From positions 1,920,711-1,984,710 of the forward strand of contig OY970261.1 in the NCBI GenBank assembly GCA_963715635.1: 64,000 nucleotides of DNA, read 5' to 3'. Origin of the DNA: Candidatus Aminicenantes bacterium. GTDB taxonomy: Bacteria > Acidobacteriota > Aminicenantia > Aminicenantales > UBA4085. Shown here one piece after another: positions 54,853 through 61,987 of this stretch. The notes below the pieces were generated by a model. That model was not told the origin of the DNA, did no database searches, and worked only from the letters and a program-made list of their open reading frames with translations. Position 1 is the first letter of the stretch; each line of letters begins with the position of its first letter. The position numbers and the translations under genes are program-made.

Positions 54853-56214
54853 ATGGGATCTTTTGAGAATCTTCTGATCATCGGAAAAGAGACCTCCTTG
54901 TACGAAATGCTCGAGGCCTCGCCGGTGGCCGCGGCGTTCAAGCTCCATTTTTGCCGCGCCGAACAAGACATTCTAGGTTTCATGAAAACTCATCCGATGC
55001 GCATCGCCATCCTTGATATTGAAGACGTCCCCAAAGACAAGCAGGCTTTGTTGCGGAAGCTCAAAAAATTCGATCCACTCCTCTATGTCATCGTCATCGG
55101 TGACCCCGTCCCTCCCGAAGACGTGCTGGACTGGATCCATCAGGGAGCGTCGGATTTTTTGGCTAAACCCCTGGAGGTCGAGACGATCCACGAAGCCCTC
55201 AAAAGAGTCGCCGAAAAACGAGACCTGCGACGGGAGACCTTCCTTCTCGAAAGAAAACTGGAAAAGAAATATGTTTTCCAAGACATGATCAGCAAGAATC
55301 CTTATATGCTCGAAATCTTCGGCCTGATCGAAAACATCGCCAAATATTTCACAAGCGTCCTCATCACGGGCGAGACCGGCACCGGAAAAGAGGTGGTGGC
55401 CCGCGCCGTGCACAACCTGAGCGGGGTCCGCAGTCAAAAGCTCGTGGTTTGCGACTGCGCCTCGATCCCGGAAAACCTTTTTGAATCAGAGCTCTTCGGT
55501 TATGTCCGCGGCGCTTTCACGGGCGCCGACCGTAACAAGCGCGGACTGTTCGAAGAGGCCCATGAAAGCACGATTTTCCTGGATGAAATCGGGGATATCC
55601 CGATGCCCGTCCAGGCCAAGCTCCTCCGCGTGCTCGAAAGCCACCAGTTTCGGCCCCTCGGCTCGAACGACGTGAAATACGTCAATGTCAGAGTCATCGC
55701 CGCCTCCAACCGGAACCTGGCCGCAGCGATCAAGCAGAACGCCTTCAGGGAGGACCTCTACCACCGGATGAATCGCGTCGAGATCCATCTGCCCCCGCTG
55801 CGAGAAAGGCCCGAAGACATTCCCCTGCTCGTTCGGCATTTTCTCAGCAGGTACAACAAGGCCTATAACAAGGCCATCAAGGGAGTGTCCCGGGATGTCC
55901 AAAAGTTGTTCCTCCGGTATGACTGGCCGGGCAATATCCGCGAGCTGGAAAATGTCCTGCAAAGCGCCGCCCTTGTCTCGAAAAAAGATTTCATCGACCT
56001 GGGCGATTTGCCCAAAAACCTCAGGGATTTTCTGCCGGTGCGGAGTCAAATGCCCTTTATCGACAAAGAAAACCTTTCCACGCTGGATGACCTGGAGAAA
56101 GAATATATATCCTATCTGCTTAGAGTGACGAACCACAACCTGAAGAAAACGGCGAAGATCCTGAATATCTCGCGGACGACCCTTTATAATAAGATCGGTA
56201 AATACAGCCTTTAA
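54853..56214 (+). CDS. Sigma54-dependent transcriptional activator (atypical receiver + AAA+ + Fis-type HTH)
   Basis: Contains GETGTGKEVVARAVH (Walker A), the GAFTGA loop, IFLDEIGD (Walker B), RVIAASNRNL and a C-terminal NLKKTAKILNISRTTLYNKI HTH. Confidence 0.85.
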   Translation: MGSFENLLIIGKETSLYEMLEASPVAAAFKLHFCRAEQDILGFMKTHPMRIAILDIEDVPKDKQALLRKLKKFDPLLYVIVIGDPVPPEDVLDWIHQGASDFLAKPLEVETIHEALKRVAEKRDLRRETFLLERKLEKKYVFQDMISKNPYMLEIFGLIENIAKYFTSVLITGETGTGKEVVARAVHNLSGVRSQKLVVCDCASIPENLFESELFGYVRGAFTGADRNKRGLFEEAHESTIFLDEIGDIPMPVQAKLLRVLESHQFRPLGSNDVKYVNVRVIAASNRNLAAAIKQNAFREDLYHRMNRVEIHLPPLRERPEDIPLLVRHFLSRYNKAYNKAIKGVSRDVQKLFLRYDWPGNIRELENVLQSAALVSKKDFIDLGDLPKNLRDFLPVRSQMPFIDKENLSTLDDLEKEYISYLLRVTNHNLKKTAKILNISRTTLYNKIGKYSL

Positions 56215-56232
56215 TAAGGGATCGACCCAAAC

Positions 56233-57558
56233 TCAATGGGCGCTTCTCTTCCTCCAGGAAATATAGTACAAAGGCAGCCCGGCCAGGATGATCGCCGTCC
56301 CGATCATGGACTTGCCGAACGATCGGGCGAAGACATTTAGCACGACCGCAGCCGAGATCAGGAAAAACAAGAGGGGCACCACCGGATATCCCCAAGCCCG
56401 GTACGGCCGCGGCGCCTCCGGCATTTTTTTTCTAAGTAAGATCAATGCCAAGGCCGTCAGGCCGAAGAAAATCCAATCGCCAAAAGTCACATATTGAAGG
56501 AGCTGGCCGTACGTGTTGGTCAACAGCAGGCAGGACGCCCATGCCGCCTGGAGAAAAATGGAGACGTGAGGAGTCCCCCAGCGGGAATGGAGCCGAGCAG
56601 CCGACGGCAGAAACGCTCCGGTCTTGGCCATGACATAATAGACTCTCGCTCCCGTGAGAACAAACACGTTCGTGATCCCGAAGGTGGAGATGATGATCGC
56701 CAGCGAAATGAACTTCGCTCCCCACGGCCCGACCATGGCCTCGAACGCATCCGAGGCCAACTTCGTCGAGCGGCTGATCTCCCCCAGCGGAAGGGCTCTG
56801 ACATAGACAACGTTGGAAAGCACGTAAACGGCGACGACCAGGCTGACCCCGGAGATAATGGCCAGAGGCATGGTTCGCGACGGATTCTTCACTTCGCCGG
56901 CCACGAAGTTGAGGTTCTGCCAGCCGCCATAGGAAAAAAGGGCGGGCATCAGTGCCAACCCCATCGCACTCAAGATACTTAGGTGGATCCCCTCAGGAAA
57001 TAAAGGGCCGGGAGAAAAATGGGGCGCCTTGAACCAGACAATGCCAACGCCGATCAGGGCGATGAGCGCCAAGATTTTCAGCATTGTAAACACATTCTGG
57101 ACGATGCTCCCAGGCTTGATCCCTAAAAAATTGACGAACGACAGACACCAGATAATACCCGCGGCCAGCAGGCTGACCCCGACGTCCGTCATCGGCACGA
57201 AGCGGCTGATGAAGCGGGCGCACGTGTATGACACGGCGGCAATAGCGCCCGTCTGGATCGTGCTGAAGAGGGTCCAGCCGAAGAGAAACCCGAGCCAGGG
57301 GGAAAAGGCGCGCTCTAAATAGACGACCTGCCCTCCGGACTGGGGAAACATGGAGCCGAGCTCGGCAAAACAGAGCCCGCCCAGAAAAGCGACGACGCCG
57401 CCGACGCTCCAGACCAGAAGCAATTGGGAGGACGACTGCAGGAACTTGGCGCTTTCCGAGGAATTCATGAAAATGCCGGCGCCGATCATCGCGCCGCTCG
57501 AGATCATGGCCGCGTCGAACAGGTTGAGTTTCCGGCGCGATATTCTCTTTTCGTCCAT
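56233..57558 (-). CDS. APC-superfamily amino acid permease
   Basis: 441 aa with about 12 TM helices. SSGAMIGAGIFMNS is typical of the APC family. Confidence 0.85.
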   Translation of the reverse strand: MDEKRISRRKLNLFDAAMISSGAMIGAGIFMNSSESAKFLQSSSQLLLVWSVGGVVAFLGGLCFAELGSMFPQSGGQVVYLERAFSPWLGFLFGWTLFSTIQTGAIAAVSYTCARFISRFVPMTDVGVSLLAAGIIWCLSFVNFLGIKPGSIVQNVFTMLKILALIALIGVGIVWFKAPHFSPGPLFPEGIHLSILSAMGLALMPALFSYGGWQNLNFVAGEVKNPSRTMPLAIISGVSLVVAVYVLSNVVYVRALPLGEISRSTKLASDAFEAMVGPWGAKFISLAIIISTFGITNVFVLTGARVYYVMAKTGAFLPSAARLHSRWGTPHVSIFLQAAWASCLLLTNTYGQLLQYVTFGDWIFFGLTALALILLRKKMPEAPRPYRAWGYPVVPLLFFLISAAVVLNVFARSFGKSMIGTAIILAGLPLYYISWRKRSAH

Positions 57559-57664
57559 TTCTCTAACTAATACACAATCGCGGGCGGAAAATCAAACGAA
57601 CGAAAAAAGGTTTTGAAATCTGCGGGTTTTTCCGTAGAATATTAGGTTGAAATAGGAGGAGACA

Positions 57665-58393
57665 ATGAAACGAACGCTCAAAATCTGTTTTTTAGGCATG
57701 TTTTTAGTCAGCCTCTCCACAGCGGCGGGCTATAGCCAGACGGCTAAAGAGATTCTCGAGAAGATGATCGATGCCCAGGGCGGCCAAAAAGTTCTGGCGG
57801 CGATCAAGGACACGACCATCAACGCCAGCGTCGAACTCATTCAGCAGGGCATGAGCGGAAGCCTGACCATCTACCAGAAAGAGCCCGATAAGATGCGCAT
57901 GGATATCGAGATCGCCGGCCAAACATTCACCCAGGCCTTTGACGGCAAAACAGCCTGGCAGACGAACCCCATGACGGGAGCGACAGAGTTGATGTCCGAA
58001 AGCGACTCCAAGAATTTTAAAAAGCAGGCCATGGGCAACGATTCTTTTATCCATCCCGATAAATACGGCATCACCTATGCCTCTAAAGGGAAAGAAAAGA
58101 TCCAGGACAAGGAATACCTGGTCCTGGAACAATCCTATTCCGACGGCCAGACGATCACGATGGACATCGATCCAGCCACGTATTTGACATATAGAGCCAA
58201 AGTCAAGGTCAACCAGATGGGAGTGGAGATCGATCAGGAGACGATCTATGGGGACTACAGAAAAGAGGGCGATACGATCTCGGCTCATTCCATGACGATT
58301 TTCCAGAACGGCGTCGAATTCATGAGGATGGCGTTCACCAAGGTGACCTTCAACAAAGGCTTCGACGATTCCTTCTTCAAGATGTCGAAATAG
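57665..58393 (+). CDS. Secreted LolA-fold 'outer membrane lipoprotein-sorting'-like protein
   Basis: Has a signal peptide. AKEILEKMIDAQGG...SGSLTIYQKEPDKMRMDIE...FDGKTAWQ resembles LolA-like (COG2834-type) proteins by eye. AGGAGGAG RBS. Confidence 0.55.
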   Translation: MKRTLKICFLGMFLVSLSTAAGYSQTAKEILEKMIDAQGGQKVLAAIKDTTINASVELIQQGMSGSLTIYQKEPDKMRMDIEIAGQTFTQAFDGKTAWQTNPMTGATELMSESDSKNFKKQAMGNDSFIHPDKYGITYASKGKEKIQDKEYLVLEQSYSDGQTITMDIDPATYLTYRAKVKVNQMGVEIDQETIYGDYRKEGDTISAHSMTIFQNGVEFMRMAFTKVTFNKGFDDSFFKMSK

Positions 58394-58411
58394 GTCCGCC
58401 AATCAAAATCG

Positions 58412-59329
58412 TCACGTAGTCTCGACTTCCTTCAAGACATCATAAGCCAGACGGAGGGCGCGCAGGCCTTCCTCGCCGCTGACCTTTCCCGGTCTGCCTT
58501 CGGCCTGGCAGCGCAGGAAATTTTCCAACTCTTTTTTGAGCGGCTCTTCCTTCTTGATTTTTAGCGTCTTGATATCGGTCTGCCGGCCGCTCAGAGGAAA
58601 CACCTTGACCTCCTGGTCGATATAGTCGATCGAATAATACGAAGTGGGCTCGAAGATCCTGAGCTTGCGGACCTTGCCCTGGTGGACGCGGCTGGCGGTC
58701 AGGGTCGCCACACAGCCGGATTTGAACTCGAGGCGGGCATTGGCAATATCGATCTTCTCGGAGAGAACGTGGATCCCGGACGAGCGGATGACGCCGACCT
58801 CATCCTTGATCAGGGCCAGGATGATGTCGAGGTCATGGATCATGAGGTCGAGGACGACGTCGACATCGAGCGAGCGCGCCGAGAACGATCCCAGCCTCTG
58901 GACCTCGATGAACTTGGGCTCGGAAATCATGGTCTCGACGGCTTCGACGGCCGGGTTGAACCTTTCCAGATGTCCGACCTGGAGGATCAAGCCGTTCTTT
59001 TTTGCCAGGTCGACGAGCTGCTCGGCCTGAGCGATGGTTTCCGTGATGGGTTTTTCGACCAGGACATGCTTTCCATTTTTGAGAAGGCTCATCGAGATCC
59101 GGAAATGTTCGGAGGTGGGGGTGGAGACGATCCCGGCGTCGATCTCATCCAGCATGTCTTCATAGTTCTGGTAGTACTTCACGCCGTGGCGGTTCCCGAT
59201 TTCGAGCGCCCTTTTAAAATCGATGTCGGCCACGGCCTCGAGCTCGGCTTCTTCCAGATAGGAAATGATCCGGGCATGCTGCATGCCCAGATATCCGACT
59301 CCGATGATTCCGACTCTGACTTTATCCAT
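58412..59329 (-). CDS. Gfo/Idh/MocA-family NAD(P)-dependent oxidoreductase
   Basis: VRVGIIGVGYLGMQHARI is the Rossmann motif, and EKPI the family motif. The start is taken at ATG 59329 (MDKVRVG), 10 nt after the lpxI stop. The ORF track start at 59377 would overlap lpxI. Confidence 0.8.
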   Translation of the reverse strand: MDKVRVGIIGVGYLGMQHARIISYLEEAELEAVADIDFKRALEIGNRHGVKYYQNYEDMLDEIDAGIVSTPTSEHFRISMSLLKNGKHVLVEKPITETIAQAEQLVDLAKKNGLILQVGHLERFNPAVEAVETMISEPKFIEVQRLGSFSARSLDVDVVLDLMIHDLDIILALIKDEVGVIRSSGIHVLSEKIDIANARLEFKSGCVATLTASRVHQGKVRKLRIFEPTSYYSIDYIDQEVKVFPLSGRQTDIKTLKIKKEEPLKKELENFLRCQAEGRPGKVSGEEGLRALRLAYDVLKEVETT

Positions 59330-59339
59330 CAGGGATTGG

Positions 59340-60149
59340 CTAGGCCTTCTTGGCGACGACGGCGATGCCGTTGGCATTGGCCAGGGCGATCACATCGTCT
59401 TTCTGGAAAAGGGCCACTCTATCCGCTTCGATGCAGAGGGCCCTCCCCTTTGCCTTGATCAAGTTCCTAAGGGTTTCGATTCCGACGGCCGGGACATCGA
59501 TCCGCATGTCCTGGTGGGTGCGCCCGACTTTAATCACGGTGATGCCCTTGCCAGCCAGCCGGCCCCCCCTTTTCATCGTCTCGTCCGTGCCTTCCATGCC
59601 TTCCACGGCCGCCACACACCTGTCCTTGACGACAATCGTCTGCCCGATGTCTAAATCGGCAAGGGTCCTGGCGATCCTCCACCCAAAATCGATATCGGCC
59701 AGGGCTTCCCGCGACGGCTGCGCCTCGGTGAGCACACCCTCCCGGCAGAAATACGGTTGCAGCAGAAAGGAGGGGTCCTTGACCGAAATCCCCTGCTTCT
59801 CTAAAAATTCAAAGAGCGCCTCGAGCAGCGATGTCGGAGTCTCATCCTTCACTTGAGCCAACAGCCGTCCGGCGGCTTCGTCAAAGCCGGGCTTTGTGTA
59901 AATCGAGCGTGGGTCAACCTTGCCCAGCAGAAGCACTTCGCGGATTTCATATTTTTGAAAAAAAGACACCAATTTTTGGATTTCCCCCGGCTCGAGCCAA
60001 GCGAAGACAGCGGCCTTTAGCTCGAGGCCGGGATCGGCCTCTCCCCGAATGCCGGCCACGACGCAGTCCAGGCCCTGCCGCTTCGCTTCTTCGAGCGCTT
60101 CCAGGGGAAATCCCCCCGATCCAGCCACTATGCCAATTCGAGTTCCCAT
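59340..60149 (-). CDS. lpxI: UDP-2,3-diacylglucosamine pyrophosphatase LpxI (DUF1009)
   Basis: Contains MGTRIGIVAGSGGFPLEA, DIGQTIVVKDRCVAAVEGMEGTDETMKRGG and KVGRTHQDMRIDVPAVG. The start at 60149 overlaps the lpxA end by 22 nt; the longer ORF (to 60485) lies inside lpxA. Confidence 0.75.
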   Translation of the reverse strand: MGTRIGIVAGSGGFPLEALEEAKRQGLDCVVAGIRGEADPGLELKAAVFAWLEPGEIQKLVSFFQKYEIREVLLLGKVDPRSIYTKPGFDEAAGRLLAQVKDETPTSLLEALFEFLEKQGISVKDPSFLLQPYFCREGVLTEAQPSREALADIDFGWRIARTLADLDIGQTIVVKDRCVAAVEGMEGTDETMKRGGRLAGKGITVIKVGRTHQDMRIDVPAVGIETLRNLIKAKGRALCIEADRVALFQKDDVIALANANGIAVVAKKA

Positions 60150-60952
60150 TGGTCCGTCGTCTTTTTGATAATGCCTCTTTTGGAGGATTGCACGAATTTG
60201 ATGATTTCGTCGCGGTCTTCCCCCGGGGGAAACTGCGATTGAATTGTTTCTAAAGCCTGGGTCGTGTTCAGGTCCGAATAGAAGAACAGCCTGAACATCT
60301 CCTTGAGCGCAGCGATTCTCTCGTTCGAGAATCCCTTGCGCCGTAAGCCGATGACATTCAGCCCGTAGATATGGATCGGCCTCATGCCGGCCACGCGGCA
60401 GAACGGAAGAACATCCTGGGTGATCACCGAGAATCCGCCGACGAACGCGTATTTCCCGATGCGGCAGAATTGGTGAACGCCGCAAAAAGCGCTCATGTAG
60501 ACATGGTCCTCGACGAGGACGTGCCCTCCCAGAGTCGTCGCATTGGTCAGAATGGTGTGGTTTCCAACCTGGCAGTCATGCCCGACGTGGACATAGGCCA
60601 TGAAATAGTTATCGCTGCCGATGTACGTCAGCCCCCCGCCTTTGACCGTCCCGCGCTGGACGGTGATGGACTCGCGGAAAAAATTTCGGTCGCCGATCTT
60701 GACCTGCGTTTCCTCATCCCGATACCCGACATCCTGGGGTTCGCTGCCGATTGTGGAGAATGGGGAAAAGTGACAATCCGCGCCGATGTCCGTCCGGCCG
60801 TCGATCACGACATGGGCATCCAGGCGTGTGTTTTTGTGGATGGAGACGTGTTCCCCGATAACGCAGTTCGGGCCGATCCAGACCCCGGAATCCAGCTTGG
60901 CCTTGGCATGGACGGACGCCGAAGGATGGAGGAAGACGTCATTTCCGGGCAT
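60128..60952 (-). CDS. lpxA: Acyl-ACP--UDP-N-acetylglucosamine O-acyltransferase
   Basis: Left-handed beta-helix hexapeptide repeats. VGHDCQVGNHTILTNATTLGGHV. The C-terminal helical domain is typical of LpxA. Confidence 0.9.
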   Translation of the reverse strand: MPGNDVFLHPSASVHAKAKLDSGVWIGPNCVIGEHVSIHKNTRLDAHVVIDGRTDIGADCHFSPFSTIGSEPQDVGYRDEETQVKIGDRNFFRESITVQRGTVKGGGLTYIGSDNYFMAYVHVGHDCQVGNHTILTNATTLGGHVLVEDHVYMSAFCGVHQFCRIGKYAFVGGFSVITQDVLPFCRVAGMRPIHIYGLNVIGLRRKGFSNERIAALKEMFRLFFYSDLNTTQALETIQSQFPPGEDRDEIIKFVQSSKRGIIKKTTDQWELELA

Positions 60953-61391
60953 TCATCGCCTCTTTATCCTCAAGAGAGGCCAGCAAATCTCCTTCGACGA
61001 CAATCTTGCCGTCAACGAGAGCTCTTCCACGCAACTGTAAAAACTTACCCTTGAGCTTGAGAAGATCGGCCTCAAGCCTGAGCTGATCGCCGGGAATCAC
61101 CGGCTTTCGAAACCTGGTGTTATCGATTTTGCCCAAAAGCACGAGCTTGTTCTCAGGGTCCGGGATCGAATGAAAGATGAGGATGCCCCCGGCTTGGGCC
61201 ATGGCCTCCACAATCAGGACGCCGGGCATGATCCGGATGTCCGGGAAATGCCCCTGGAAAAACGGCTCATTCACCGTGACGTTCTTCAGGGCAACGATGG
61301 TCTTCCCCGGCTCCAGGCTGAGAACGCGGTCAACGAGAAGGAAGGGATAGCGGTGCGGAAGAAATTTCAGGATCCCTTCGATGTTGATCAA
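60939..61391 (-). CDS. fabZ: 3-hydroxyacyl-ACP dehydratase
   Basis: LPHRYPFLLVDRV and FFQGHFPDIRIMPGVLIVEAMAQ. 150 aa. Confidence 0.9.
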   Translation of the reverse strand: MINIEGILKFLPHRYPFLLVDRVLSLEPGKTIVALKNVTVNEPFFQGHFPDIRIMPGVLIVEAMAQAGGILIFHSIPDPENKLVLLGKIDNTRFRKPVIPGDQLRLEADLLKLKGKFLQLRGRALVDGKIVVEGDLLASLEDKEAMNARK

Positions 61392-61403
61392 GGCCGCGAC
61401 TCG

Positions 61404-61943
61404 CTATTTGCCGGCGGCCTTTGACGCATCGTATCTCTTAATGACGTCCTGGGTCAGGTCGATGACCGGGTTGACATAGATGGCCCCGCACTTCTGCAAG
61501 TCTAAAATGATATCGATTCCCTTTTCCTTGCCGAGTTGGCCGATGATCGGGATGAGCTCATCCTGGAGTTTCTTGAACTGCTTGTTGGTCATTTCTTGCA
61601 TGCTGGCATATGCGTCTTCCGCCTTCCTCTTCCTCTCGGTCTGCTTTTTATCGAGATCAGTCGTATACTGCATGACGGCTTCTTCGGTCAGGGTTAGGCG
61701 TTGGGTGCTGAGTTTGGTTTGGAGCCCCTGGATATCGGCATCCAGCTTGGCGATGACGGCCTGGTTCTGCTTGTCTGCGTCCTGGAGCCGGGCGATGATC
61801 TTTTTCCCCTCGGACGATTTTTCCAGGATATCCTGGGAATTGACGATACCGACCTTCGGTGTTAGCTGGGCCGTGCTCAAGGAGACGAAAATTCCCATGA
61901 CCAATATGAGCAAGCCAATTGCCTGTGTGAGTGTCTTCCTCAT
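61404..61943 (-). CDS. skp: OmpH/Skp-family periplasmic chaperone
   Basis: Signal peptide, a Lys/Gln/Glu-rich coiled region and a position between bamA and fabZ. Confidence 0.8.
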   Translation of the reverse strand: MRKTLTQAIGLLILVMGIFVSLSTAQLTPKVGIVNSQDILEKSSEGKKIIARLQDADKQNQAVIAKLDADIQGLQTKLSTQRLTLTEEAVMQYTTDLDKKQTERKRKAEDAYASMQEMTNKQFKKLQDELIPIIGQLGKEKGIDIILDLQKCGAIYVNPVIDLTQDVIKRYDASKAAGK

Positions 61944-61987
61944 CGTTTGACCTCCTTAGGTTAATTTGGAATGAGTCTGTTTATGCT

